NCBI GenBank assembly: GCA_965248535.1
Contig: CBDFJR010000002.1
Location: forward strand, 1,408,001-1,472,000
DNA from: Phormidesmis sp.
GTDB taxonomy: Bacteria > Cyanobacteriota > Cyanobacteriia > Leptolyngbyales > Leptolyngbyaceae
Direction: 5' to 3'
Length of the DNA stretch: 64,000 nucleotides
The notes under the pieces are model-generated. The model made no database searches. It was not told the DNA's origin and was given only the letters and a program-made list of their open reading frames with translations. The position numbers and the translations under genes were made by a program. This document shows positions 10,346-20,728 of this stretch, in pieces (positions within the stretch are counted from its first letter, which is position 1; every line of letters starts with the position of its first letter).

Positions 10346-11029
10346 TCAATTTAGCGGCAGCAGTCGTTCTAAATCTAAGTTGCTAGCCGCCTGAGCCAGT
10401 TTTGACCGATCCGTTGGGTCAGATAAAAAAGGTATCAGTCCTAAAACCGGAACCTGGGTCAATGACTCGATCAAGTCCGCAGGTGCCCAGTTGTCAACCT
10501 CTTCATCAGAGCAAGACTTGACACAGTTGAGCACAATGCCCTTGAGATGAACTCGGCACGATCGGGCTAGCGCGATATTTGCAACCGCTTGCCCGATCGC
10601 GCCCAACTTGACAGGCACCACCAAAACCGTTGAGATCCGCCAATCCCACGCTAAATCTGCCACCGTGGTCTCTCTGGTGATCGGCGACCCCAACCCCCCC
10701 AGTGCTTCGACTAAAACCCAGTCGCGTTTTTGGCGCAGCGCCTCAAAGCTCTGCCAGACCTTTTCTAGTTTGACGGACGTTCCTTCTTTTTCAGCCGCTA
10801 ACGGAGGCGCGAGCGCCGCTGCAAAATAAAGCGGGTTCAACTCCTCTAGAGTTTGGTCAAGGGAAAATAGCCGAGCGTAGAGTTCCCGATCGCCCGTTCC
10901 GGTCTGAATCGGCTTCATCACCCCCAGCGATCGGGGCTGACAATGGGCTTGCCAATAGGCCGCGAGCGCAGTCGTTAAAACGGTCTTTCCAGCGTCGGTG
11001 TCAGTTCCAGTGATTAATAATGCGTTCAA
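10346..11029 (-). CDS. bioD: Dethiobiotin synthase
   Basis: ITGTDTDAGKT, KPIQTG, VEALGG. Confidence 0.93.
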   Translation of the reverse strand: MNALLITGTDTDAGKTVLTTALAAYWQAHCQPRSLGVMKPIQTGTGDRELYARLFSLDQTLEELNPLYFAAALAPPLAAEKEGTSVKLEKVWQSFEALRQKRDWVLVEALGGLGSPITRETTVADLAWDWRISTVLVVPVKLGAIGQAVANIALARSCRVHLKGIVLNCVKSCSDEEVDNWAPADLIESLTQVPVLGLIPFLSDPTDRSKLAQAASNLDLERLLPLN

Positions 11030-11056
11030 ACAAAGCCACTCAAAACTTCCCTTACT

Positions 11057-12953
11057 CTAGCGGACATTGACATCTAGCTGAAAGTCAGTGTCTTGAGTCG
11101 CCATCACATCAATTTGATAGTCTCCACTTCTAGACAGTTGAGCTTGCCATTTGACAACCCCCGAAGAATCTTCTACCAGTTTGCCGCTGGGGTAGTGAAT
11201 CGCCAACGTTGCCGTCCCCGAATTGAGTTGCACACTCAAGGTTTGACCCTTTTGGGCATTGACCAAATAGCGCCGGATCACTAGGGGAGTCGTTTGTCCG
11301 ACAACTTGCGTTCCAGTCTGCCCTGGCAAAAAGCTGACCCGATCGGTTTGAACGGTGGGCGTAGCGCGTGGGCAAAGGAGTCGGCGTTGGGGTGGTTGAA
11401 GGAACGGGAGTGGGGGGCGCTTTTAGCGCGACATCTAGCTTATAGTCGGTTTTAGGAATCCCTTTAACGGTTTTGAGTTGAATGGTGTAATCGCCCGTAA
11501 ACGGCAGTTCGCCCTCCCAGCGAGAGACGCGACTGGCCCGATCGTCAACCGGATCTTGATTGGGAGCCAAGACACTCAGCAACACGCCTTCACTGGCCAA
11601 CGCAGTACTCAGCGTCTGTCCCTGCTGCCCTGGCACCACAAAACTCAGCGTTTCATTAGCTCTCAAGGTGCCGTTTTTAGCAGCATTTTCTCCAGGCGCT
11701 AAATTTAGGCGCTGCTTATAAAGCACTGGCTCACTGCTGGGGCTAGCGCTAGGAGAAGGACGAACGCTCGGTGAGGTGGTTGGGCTAGGAGTCGCCACGA
11801 TCGTCTGACTCGGTGTAGGCGTGGGCGTAGGTTGCGGATTCATCAACGCCCGCACCAAAGTCCAAGAACCCAGACCCGTCAGCAACACTAGCCCAGTGCC
11901 GATCGCGCCCACAGCCCAGGGATCATCCCACAGAGACCCCCGCGTCGGAATCGTTGGATCAGAGCGAGTCAGATTGGTGGGCAAAGTGGTCGGGTCGATG
12001 TTGGCACGCCTCCCTACAGCCACGGTGTCCATGCGTGAAGCGGGTGGCTGCTGGGGTTGAGCCGCGATCGGGGGCGGCGTTTGCGGCACAGGCGTAACAT
12101 TGGGCGGAGACTGAAGCGCGTGAAGCACGTCTTGAGACGATTGATAACGATCGGTCGTGCGGTAGCTCAACATCCGATTGATCACCATGGCAAACCCAGG
12201 GCTGACGGTGACTAATCGCTGCCAGCGCCAGGCCATCGTGGTTTCGTCAAATAATTCTTGTGGCTCTCGCCCCGTCAGCAGCACCACAGCCGTCACGGCC
12301 AACGCATATAAATCACTGTTGGGGTAGGCCCGTCCAGTCTGCATTTGCTCAGTCGGCGCATAGCCCAACTTGCCGACCGTAGTGGATTGTCTGACCGTAT
12401 CGGGAGACTGAATACGAGTGGCCAATTCTTTAACCACACCAAAATCGATCAGGACAGGGAGGCGATCGCTTTGCCGCAGCATTATATTGTCAGGCGCAAT
12501 ATCACGATGAATAATTCCCTTGCCGTGAATGTAAGACAGCACTGGCAGCACCTGCTGGAGGATCTGAATCACCTCGACCTCTGAGAAGACATAGCCCTGG
12601 GTTTTGCGTTCGTCTAGAAGGGCGCGATAGGTTTTGCCCTCGACATAATCTTGAACCAGAAAAAATCGCTGGTCTTCTTCAAACGTGGCTCTAAACTGCG
12701 GAATTTGGGGATGCTGAATCTGGTAGAGAATCTGAGCCTCTCGCTGAAACAGTTCTTTAGATTTATCTAGCGCATAGGCGTTGTCTTGGGGCGGAATCAA
12801 TTCTTTGAGGGCACACAGTTCGTTAAATCGCCCTTGGTCTTCAGCCAAATAAGTCCGACCAAATCCTCCCTGTCCTAAAATGCTTAAGACGCGATAACGA
12901 TTTTGCAAAGTAGTTCCGGTAGGAATAGCAGTTTGCATAGCAGATTTAATCAC
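11057..12953 (-). CDS. Membrane Ser/Thr protein kinase with Pro/Thr linkers and two C-terminal PPC-like beta domains; frameshift near 11367
   Basis: LGQGGFGRTY, HRDIAPDN, DFG, TM segment; ORF 11057..11329 continues the second repeat in another frame. Confidence 0.88.
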
Positions 12954-13166
12954 TCACATTTCAATAATGTTAGAGAGGCAGAGGGCCGCTTGAGTTTCGA
13001 CGCGACTTACTCACGACTCGACCCAATGATTCCAGTCTAAAGTTTACAGTCCAAATCAGAACATGCTGCACCCCACTTCCTATTCTGGCAGAGGGGCAGG
13101 GTCGCGAGTGACTACAGCGTGCACAGCACTGGCTACGGATCGCTCACGATGAAGTCTGTAGAGACT

Positions 13167-13625
13167 TTAGCGGCTCAGCTTAGATTTGACGAATTCTTGA
13201 ACTTTTTTGCCATCTGTTTTGCCTTTTAACTGCTGCATCGCGGCACCCATGACTTTGCCCATATCTTTGGCAGAGTTTGCCCCGACTTGGGCAATGATGT
13301 CGTCAATCACCTGAGAAACTTCAGCGTCAGAGAGCTGCTGAGGCAAAAATTCTTCTACGATCGCTAACTCTTGCGCTTCTTGGTGAGCCAGATCAGTGCG
13401 TCCTGCGTTTTGATATTGCTCGATCGAGTCTCGACGCTGCTTTGCAACTTGCACCAACACTTCAGTCTCTTGGGCTTCTGTCAGATCAGATTGCCCCAAT
13501 GGGCGAACGCTCACCTCTTTCTCTAACAACACTTTTTTGATGCTCCGCAAGGTTTCAAGCCGCAGTTTGTCTTTAGACTTCATGGCCGCTTGAATGTCGC
13601 CAGTGATAATATCTTTTAGGGTCAT
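13167..13625 (-). CDS. GatB/YqeY domain protein
   Basis: AMKSKDK.RL, KQRRDSIEQY, KDMGKVMG. Confidence 0.92.
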   Translation of the reverse strand: MTLKDIITGDIQAAMKSKDKLRLETLRSIKKVLLEKEVSVRPLGQSDLTEAQETEVLVQVAKQRRDSIEQYQNAGRTDLAHQEAQELAIVEEFLPQQLSDAEVSQVIDDIIAQVGANSAKDMGKVMGAAMQQLKGKTDGKKVQEFVKSKLSR

Positions 13626-14008
13626 ACGAGATAATTTCCTTTTCTTCCGGATCTCAAGATAGCTTAAACGAAGCTAGTTAAATAGCCGATTTTTAGGGCT
13701 AACTATTGATAATTGAGTCATCACAAATCTTGGTTGCAGTTGATGCCTAGATTTAATAATCGTAGAAAATATTAAATCCAGTTAGATTCGATTATTGCAA
13801 ACTGACTGACTGTTTTGCCCATGACTCTAGGCATTTGTTAACGGGCGCGGGCGGTGAATAGAACGAATGCTCCGGGGGAGATTCAGTCTCTGTCAAGGGT
13901 TATTTAGTTTCTTGTTGTTAATAACAAAAACTTAAAATTGTCAAGATTCAGGAGGACGTTTATAATCCTCAGTGATAAGATTGCGATGAACGCGTTCGAG
14001 GGCTAAAT

Positions 14009-15001
14009 GTGATCCGTTCTGCAACGTTAACTGCTCCTGCTGCTTTCCCAGCAGTTCCTGACAATAATCGTCTTCGACTACTTTCTGGTTCAGCAAATAT
14101 TGCGCTCTCTCAAGAAGTTGCACGCTACCTAGGGATGGATCTGGGCCCCATGGTGCGAAAACGGTTTGCCGATGGGGAGCTTTATATTCAACTTCAAGAA
14201 TCGATTCGAGGCTGCGATGTCTATTTAATTCAGCCCACCTGTCGCCCGGTCAACGACCATTTAATGGAGTTAATGATCATGGTCGATGCCTGCCGTCGGG
14301 CTTCGGCGCGGCAGATTACAGCAGTGATTCCTTATTATGGCTATGCGAGAGCCGATCGTAAAACCGCAGGTCGTGAGTCAATCACGGCAAAATTAGCGGC
14401 TAACCTAATCACTCAAGCAGGGGCAAGTCGCATTCTAGCGATGGATCTGCACGCTGCCCAGATTCAGGGTTATTTTGATATTCCGCTCGATCATGTTTAC
14501 GGCTCACCTGTTTTGATCAATTATCTAGCGAGCAAACAGCTTCCTGACATTGTGGTGGTGTCGCCCGATGTGGGCGGGGTCGCTCGTGCGAGAGCGTTTG
14601 CCAAAAAATTAAATGATGCGCCTCTAGCGATCATTGATAAGCGCCGTCAGGCGCACAACGTTGCAGAAGTCATGAATGTGATTGGAGATGTGCGCGGCAA
14701 AACTGCTGTGTTAGTCGATGACATGATTGACACGGCGGGCACGATTACCGAGGGTGCCAAGATTTTGCGCGAACAGGGAGCACGGCAAGTCTATGCTTGT
14801 GCCACTCATGCGGTGTTTTCTCCACCTGCGATCGAGCGCCTCTCAAGCGGCTGCCTCGAAGAAGTCATTGTGACCAACACGATACCTGTTGCCGAAGAAA
14901 ACCGCTTTCCCCAACTCACGGTTCTCTCAGTGGCTAATCTGCTGGGTGAAACGATTTGGCGGATTCACGAAGACACTTCTGTCAGCAGCATGTTTCGCTA
15001 A
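14009..15001 (+). CDS. prs: Ribose-phosphate pyrophosphokinase
   Basis: FADGE, PYYGYARADRK, VSPDVGG, VDDMIDTAGT. Confidence 0.97.
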   Translation: MIRSATLTAPAAFPAVPDNNRLRLLSGSANIALSQEVARYLGMDLGPMVRKRFADGELYIQLQESIRGCDVYLIQPTCRPVNDHLMELMIMVDACRRASARQITAVIPYYGYARADRKTAGRESITAKLAANLITQAGASRILAMDLHAAQIQGYFDIPLDHVYGSPVLINYLASKQLPDIVVVSPDVGGVARARAFAKKLNDAPLAIIDKRRQAHNVAEVMNVIGDVRGKTAVLVDDMIDTAGTITEGAKILREQGARQVYACATHAVFSPPAIERLSSGCLEEVIVTNTIPVAEENRFPQLTVLSVANLLGETIWRIHEDTSVSSMFR

Positions 15002-15029
15002 ACCTGAAGGGTGAGCATTATTATTTTAT

Positions 15030-15065
15030 AAGGGTCAGTTGTCTATAGAGTGGCAACTGACCCTT
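15030..15065 (+). terminator. Hairpin after prs
   Basis: aagggtcagttg ... caactgaccctt 12-bp inverted repeat. Confidence 0.6.
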
Positions 15066-15475
15066 GATTGTCTGGGAGCGGTCATCAGGCTATTGCGGAG
15101 CCGAAGCGATCGGGCCTGATTTGTCTCACGTTAGTGGCTGAGATGAGTGTTCGATCGCGTCAACGTCATCCGTTAACGGGATCAACCTAAGATTTCTCTT
15201 AATCGGGATGTTTAATCACCCTAAGCCATCTGAGGGATTATCCTACGCCAAAAAACTCGATCGGCGGCCGCTTTAAGTCAGAGGTTTCCTGCCTAAAGTC
15301 ACTAAAATCTGACGAAATAGAATTTTTAATCTATCTAAAGTCTGATGCCACTCATAAATTAAAATATCTAATCAATCGGCACTAGTCGCTTGCTAATTAA
15401 AAAAAGATATGATTCGTGCGATTTCATCAATTTTCTGATCTAGCTTACACCGAGCGCAAAACTATCTTGATCGCT

Positions 15476-15937
15476 ATGCTCCGAGTCGTTCTTGTCTATC
15501 CTCAGATTCCTCCCAACACGGGCAATATCGCTCGCACCTGCGCGGCCACTGACACCGAGTTACATCTAGTCGGACCCTTGGGGTTTGAGATCAGCGATCG
15601 CTATCTTAAACGCGCTGGGCTAGACTATTGGCCCTATGTCAACCTGCATTATCATCCCTCTCTGCAAGACTTTCAGACATTTCATCAACATCAAAAAGGG
15701 CGCTGGATTGGCTTTAGCACATCTGGAAGCTGTAGTTATCTTCAGTTTCAGTTTGCCGATGGAGATTGGCTACTATTTGGCAGCGAGACTCAGGGGCTGC
15801 CTTTAGAGGTGTTGTCTCTGTGCTCTACCGTGGTTCGCATTCCCATGAGTCAGCCCAATGTCCGCAGCCTAAATCTCTCTGTCAGTGCGGCTGTTGGGCT
15901 GTTTGAAGCCCGCCGCCAGTTAGGGTATGCAGAGTAA
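15476..15937 (+). CDS. trmL: tRNA (cytidine34-2'-O)-methyltransferase, SPOUT family
   Basis: PQIPPNTGNIARTC, RAGLDYW, FGSETQGL, RSLNLS. Confidence 0.93.
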   Translation: MLRVVLVYPQIPPNTGNIARTCAATDTELHLVGPLGFEISDRYLKRAGLDYWPYVNLHYHPSLQDFQTFHQHQKGRWIGFSTSGSCSYLQFQFADGDWLLFGSETQGLPLEVLSLCSTVVRIPMSQPNVRSLNLSVSAAVGLFEARRQLGYAE

Positions 15938-16843
15938 AAAGGAGTGCGATCAACGTTCCCAGTAGAGTGCCCTCCAGAAAAGCTTGAATCCTTGACTCTC
16001 ATAGACTTACAGCGTTGACTCAGACAGCAGCCCTGCATCTATATATAAGGGTCTAAATATTGGGATCTAAAGGTCGATAAAGTCGGGCTGGCAACGGGGA
16101 TACCTGCCCGGTTTAACAGCCCGATCGCTCTGAGAGCACTTCTCTAGGTCAAACAACAGGTCAGATAAGTTATCCATACTACTAAATTGCAACAGTTTAA
16201 TAAGAAATTTGTATATGAATGTAAAACTCCTTTGAACGGCGCTGTGACGGTGCTTTTAATTCTAAATGACTTGCCCGATTAATCCTTGACAACCCTGATA
16301 GAGAGGCGCTTTAGAGAGATTATATGAGCTTGGATTAAGGCGCTTATCTTCACCACAATGGGGTGATTGCCTGCATGATCCTACGGTTGATAATTGCGCC
16401 ACCTTTGCCGTAACTTCAGGTCAGCCTATGCTGATAAATGCTGACTTGACGAACGCCCTATGATGGGCTTGGAGATTTTGAGCCAATGCTCATCAATCTC
16501 GCGGAATATGAATTTTTGGCTAGTCGTCTTCGCTCTCATGTTGCAATCTCCGCAGAGTAGGTTAAACTCCTGTTTGGATTTGTCGATATCGGACGACTAC
16601 CCGTTCCCTGTCACGATAAGTTGACATTGGCTAGGAAAATCTGTTATCGATTTGGGTCGAGTCCATCATTTAATTTTGTTGAAAGATGTGAACTTGTCTA
16701 AATCGAAAAAGCAGGGTAATCTTGCCTAAGTGTATTTACCGAATGTGATCTCGATCGCTTTTCGGAGCAGCAATGATCACTGACAAATGGTGAATTCAAT
16801 GGCTCAAGGACAGTTAAACGCTGGTCATTTAGGAGGTCGTTTT

Positions 16844-18841
16844 TTGAAACGAGCATTCCCGCAAGAAGAATCAAATCCTGTTCCGTTCTCGGTCATCAAC
16901 GATGGTGCCTTGGCCGAACAGCCGAAGCAGACGCTCTCTGAAGCAAACCGCCGGGTTCGCACTTCCGCCGCTATGATCGGGCTTGCCGCCATCTCAATGG
17001 GTGCTTATAGCCTACTCGCCCCGCAGCAAGGTGATTCTGCCATCGCCGCCGAGCCTGTAGCAACAGAGCCTACTCTCCCGACCGTCTCTAATTCACCCGA
17101 TGTTGCAGTGACCTCTACTGCACCTGAAGCTCTTCCTACTGTGCTCCCTGCCTCGACCATTCAAACGGTTGAACACACGGTTCAAGAAGGTCAGACCCTT
17201 TGGAAGATTGCCAAGTTTTACAAGGTTGATATCAATCAACTCGCCACCAAAAACAACCTAAGCCCTAACGCTGTGCTCTATGTGGGGCAGGTTTTGCAGG
17301 TTCCTGGAGATGTCCAGTCTGCTCAATTTTCTGTCAGCCCAGCGATCGTCGCTAAATCCGAGTTAAATGATGGAACTGTGACCTCGCCAGTCGAGCCTGT
17401 TGCCATCAATGCTTCCGGTGAGCCAACCGCCTATGCGCCACACGAGGCTCAACAACTGCTCAAATCTCGTCAAGATGTTGCTGTCGCAAACCTGAAGCAA
17501 CAACGGGATCGTCTAAAGCTAAGTCTGGCGGAGTTGAAGTCTGAGGAGTCTAAAACTGTATTGAAGCCTGCTCAAGTTGACCTTCAGGCGAAGGCTGAGA
17601 CAGCAGGTTTAGTCAGCTATCAGATCAGCCCAGGCGATACTCTGACCGCGATCGCTCAAAATCACGGCATTTCCTACGCAGAGCTAGCCAAAATCAATCA
17701 ACTGACAAACCCCAATCTGCTTGAGGTAAACCAGTTTATCAGGGTTCCTCAAGCTCAAGCTGCATTGGCTGCTCAACCAGTGGCTTCTTCGTCTCAGGTG
17801 GCAGCCACGCCCACTGAAACTGCAACGGCTGCTTCAGTGTCGCTGCCGACCGTGCCCAGCTTGATGGTTGCCAATAGCTCAGAGCCGACTTTGCTCAACA
17901 ACCAAACGGCTATTCCCTTAGGAATTGGCGGTGACGCTTCTCAGTTTGCGCTTAACCCGGCTCGATCGGGCAGGCAGTCGCCTTTTAAGGGCAATCAAGC
18001 CCCTGTCAACGATCGACAGATAGATAGTCAGCCCTACGTCAACAGCTTAGTGTCTGAAATTGTCAAGCTGCGCGAACGATATCAATCGAAATCAGTTAGC
18101 TTGCAGCCTAGGCATCAACTCCCCGATCGTGCTCAGGCTCCTGTTCCGGCTTCATTATCTCTAAGAAACGCTCATCGCGTAAACTCAGAGTTTAAGCCCA
18201 GCCGCAATTTAGAGGGTCTACAGGCAGAGCTGCAAAGCTTGCGGAGCGATCGCAAAAATGCATCTGCTTCGCAAACAAAGGTAGCGGCTTATGGTGCAGA
18301 GTTCCCTAAGCACAAGCCTCAGCTAGTCGCGATGGCTCCAGTCGGGTCAGAAACCTATGCCCCTCTAGTGCGCTCTTCGGTTGGCAAAATGGTTTCGCCA
18401 AGTCTGCCTCCTTTGGGCAAACCAGACGCATATCTGCCAGGTAATGGCAGCAAGTTTAATGGCTACATCTGGCCTGCGAAAGGGATGCTGACATCGGGGT
18501 ATGGCTGGCGCTGGGGACGACTGCACAAAGGAATCGATATTGCGGCTCCAGTCGGAACCCCGATCGTCTCTGCTGCCCCTGGTAAAGTCATTACCGCAGG
18601 CTGGAATGATGGCGGCTATGGCAACCTGGTTGAGGTGCAACATGCCGATGGAAGTGTGACGCTATATGGTCACAATAGCCGCGTTCTGGTAAGAGTCGGT
18701 CAAGCGGTTGCTCAGGGTCAGCAGATTGCTGAGATGGGCAGCACAGGCTTTAGTACGGGGCCTCACTCTCACTTTGAAGTTCATCTTCCAGGTCAGGGTG
18801 CTGTTAACCCAGTTGCTCATCTGCCTCAGTTCCGAGGATAG
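16844..18841 (+). CDS. LysM / M23 metalloendopeptidase (NlpD-like)
   Basis: Two LysM domains, HKGIDIA and STGPHSHFE motifs; AGGAGG precedes TTG at 16844. Confidence 0.9.
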   Translation: MKRAFPQEESNPVPFSVINDGALAEQPKQTLSEANRRVRTSAAMIGLAAISMGAYSLLAPQQGDSAIAAEPVATEPTLPTVSNSPDVAVTSTAPEALPTVLPASTIQTVEHTVQEGQTLWKIAKFYKVDINQLATKNNLSPNAVLYVGQVLQVPGDVQSAQFSVSPAIVAKSELNDGTVTSPVEPVAINASGEPTAYAPHEAQQLLKSRQDVAVANLKQQRDRLKLSLAELKSEESKTVLKPAQVDLQAKAETAGLVSYQISPGDTLTAIAQNHGISYAELAKINQLTNPNLLEVNQFIRVPQAQAALAAQPVASSSQVAATPTETATAASVSLPTVPSLMVANSSEPTLLNNQTAIPLGIGGDASQFALNPARSGRQSPFKGNQAPVNDRQIDSQPYVNSLVSEIVKLRERYQSKSVSLQPRHQLPDRAQAPVPASLSLRNAHRVNSEFKPSRNLEGLQAELQSLRSDRKNASASQTKVAAYGAEFPKHKPQLVAMAPVGSETYAPLVRSSVGKMVSPSLPPLGKPDAYLPGNGSKFNGYIWPAKGMLTSGYGWRWGRLHKGIDIAAPVGTPIVSAAPGKVITAGWNDGGYGNLVEVQHADGSVTLYGHNSRVLVRVGQAVAQGQQIAEMGSTGFSTGPHSHFEVHLPGQGAVNPVAHLPQFRG

Positions 18842-18961
18842 ATTCTCTTTTAATCATCTTTCAAGAGAGGAGCCACAAAGCTCCTCTTTTTGTATTCTAG
18901 AAATCAACCTAGATTTCCAGACTGCATCTGTGGTAATCTAGGAGCTGCATTGAATAGGTTT

Positions 18962-19034
18962 GGCTCAGTAGCTCAGTGGTTAGAGCAGGGGACTCATAAG
19001 CCCAAGGTCGCAGGTTCAAATCCCGCTTGAGCCA
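18962..19034 (+). tRNA. tRNA with CAT anticodon, most likely elongator tRNA-Met; integration target
   Basis: GGCTCAG/TTGAGCC acceptor stem, AGCTCAGTGGTTAGAGC D arm, CTCATAA loop, GGTTCAAATCC T arm; G1-C72 paired so not initiator; Ile2 identity not excluded. Confidence 0.92.
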
Positions 19035-19041
19035 TTTTTTA
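18990..19041 (+). repeat. attL core (3' part of tRNA)
   Basis: ggactcataagcccaaggtcgcaggttcaaatcccgcttgagccatttttta identical to 32373-32424; imperfect similarity continues ~60 bp through the terminator hairpin. Confidence 0.95.
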
Positions 19042-19169
19042 GGATGGAATAAAATATCCCGTAGCCCCGTATTTCAAGGGGTTACGGGATTTTCGCGTTT
19101 GTGCAATACCCTCTAACACCCTTTAATACCCTCTAATACCTGCCTACTTTTTAGGCAAACTTTAGGCAC

Positions 19170-20300
19170 ATGATTGAAGGCAGACTTGCACAGGCTAACG
19201 GACGATTGAAAGCTTCTAACGTGGGTGTGAGCATCGAGATAAAGGGCAATCGCCTTTATTTACGATCGACGTTCCCCCCTAAACCCGGTTCAGATAGAGA
19301 AAAGCCCTCTCAGCAACGTTTGACGCTTGGCTACCATTCAAACCCGGCTGGTCTGAAACTGGCAGAACAAGAAGCGAGAAAAGTCGGCGCGCTGCTCGAT
19401 TGTCGTGAGTTTTCTTGGCAACCGTATTTAACGGCATCTATCATCAAACCCCTGACGATCGCTGATTGGGTGCAGAGATATGAGATTGATTATTTCAATC
19501 GTCGTGAGCAGACCCCTGAGAGTGTAACGACTTGGAAAGGTGACTATCTACAGGCTTTTTCGTGTCTGCCTCCAGATGAACCGATCACTCTGCAACTGCT
19601 AACAAGCGCTATCACTGCTACTAAACCAGATTCTAGGAATCGAAAGCGGTTTGTCGATGTGTTAGGACGGCTCGCAGTGTTTGCGGGGCTAGAAGCCAAT
19701 TTTAAGCCACTGAAGGGGAATTACTCACCGAGCAAGGTAACGCCGCGTGATTTACCTCCAGATAGCACGATCGCGGCATGGAGGGAGAAAATCCCTAACC
19801 CTAAATGGCAGTATGCCTATGGTCTGATTGCCACTTATGGAATTAGACCCCATGAGGTATTCCGGTGCAACCTGGATAAATTCCCGGTGCTGCAAATTGA
19901 GGAAACGACTAAAACAGGGCAGAGACGGGTTTATCCGTTCTACCCTGAGTGGCTTGAGCAGTGGAATTTAAGGGAGGGCACCTTGCCACGGGTCACGGGT
20001 CAGAATAACTCTGATTTGGGTAATCGGGTGAGTCACCAGTTTAGGCGCTATGAGGTGCCCTTTCCTCCCTACAATTTGCGGCACGCTTGGGCCGTGAGGT
20101 CGATGGAGTTTGGGCTAGACATTAGCCTAGCGGCGCAACAGATGGGGCATAGCGTCAGAGTCCACAGCGAGATCTATCACGCTTGGATTAGTGAGGAGGT
20201 GCATCAGAGAGCGTATGAGGCTCTCATGATGAGGAGCGATCGCCCGTTGCCTCCTATCTCATCTCTGGGGGAATCTCTAACGCCTCCTCACAGCGTTTGA
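19170..20300 (+). CDS. Tyrosine recombinase/integrase, cyanobacterial XisA/XisC-like
   Basis: N-terminal ANGRLK..RLYLRSTFPPKPG; catalytic YGIRPHE, KTG, LRHAWA, MGHS, terminal Y. Confidence 0.93.
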   Translation: MIEGRLAQANGRLKASNVGVSIEIKGNRLYLRSTFPPKPGSDREKPSQQRLTLGYHSNPAGLKLAEQEARKVGALLDCREFSWQPYLTASIIKPLTIADWVQRYEIDYFNRREQTPESVTTWKGDYLQAFSCLPPDEPITLQLLTSAITATKPDSRNRKRFVDVLGRLAVFAGLEANFKPLKGNYSPSKVTPRDLPPDSTIAAWREKIPNPKWQYAYGLIATYGIRPHEVFRCNLDKFPVLQIEETTKTGQRRVYPFYPEWLEQWNLREGTLPRVTGQNNSDLGNRVSHQFRRYEVPFPPYNLRHAWAVRSMEFGLDISLAAQQMGHSVRVHSEIYHAWISEEVHQRAYEALMMRSDRPLPPISSLGESLTPPHSV

Positions 20301-20466
20301 GGTGCCATCGGTAGGTCGGTCTAGCAGCTTGCGGGCTGGCAATATTTCGCCAATGGATTTTCTCTTTTAGGAGTCCTTCACGCCGAAGTTTCCAGAGATG
20401 CTCGTCAGTGAAACCCAATTCATTACAAACCGTGCCTGTAGGCACCCAATCAGAGGTTCTGCTCAT
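20254..20466 (-). CDS. Probable excisionase / small winged-helix DNA-binding protein
   Basis: 70 aa, convergent on the integrase; WV.T...LG....L.K.R..G.LK...HWR...RPTYRWH pattern. Confidence 0.7.
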   Translation of the reverse strand: MSRTSDWVPTGTVCNELGFTDEHLWKLRREGLLKEKIHWRNIASPQAARPTYRWHLKRCEEALEIPPEMR

Positions 20467-20728
20467 CACACCCCCCAAATAAACTGGGCTGCACGTATTT
20501 TTTAACGTACACCTGTCTCTCAAGTTGCTGACATCGCTGGTTTAGGGCAGTGGTCAGGATGTCAAATTCTCTCGATAGCAGAGAGTAGTGGGATTTTTTC
20601 CACTTCTTGTAGAGCGGCATATCTTGCCAGTCGCCCTCTGGCTCCCAATCTGTCAGCACCCCGATGGCGATTTTGAGCTTAGAAATCCGATCGCTGTGAT
20701 CGATGATGTCGTCAATGAAGTTGCTCAT
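20450..20728 (-). CDS. Hypothetical protein (element early operon)
   Basis: ORF tightly coupled between rep and xis. Confidence 0.6.
   Translation of the reverse strand: MSNFIDDIIDHSDRISKLKIAIGVLTDWEPEGDWQDMPLYKKWKKSHYSLLSREFDILTTALNQRCQQLERQVYVKKYVQPSLFGGCDEQNL

Noticed and set aside
15940..16840. Long intergenic region upstream of the M23 peptidase as a possible ncRNA
   Set aside because: No recognisable RNA motif or convincing structure; cannot be supported from sequence alone
19170..20300. Heterocyst-type gene-interrupting excision element
   Set aside because: The integrase is XisA/XisC-like, but the target is a tRNA that remains intact, not a nif/hup gene
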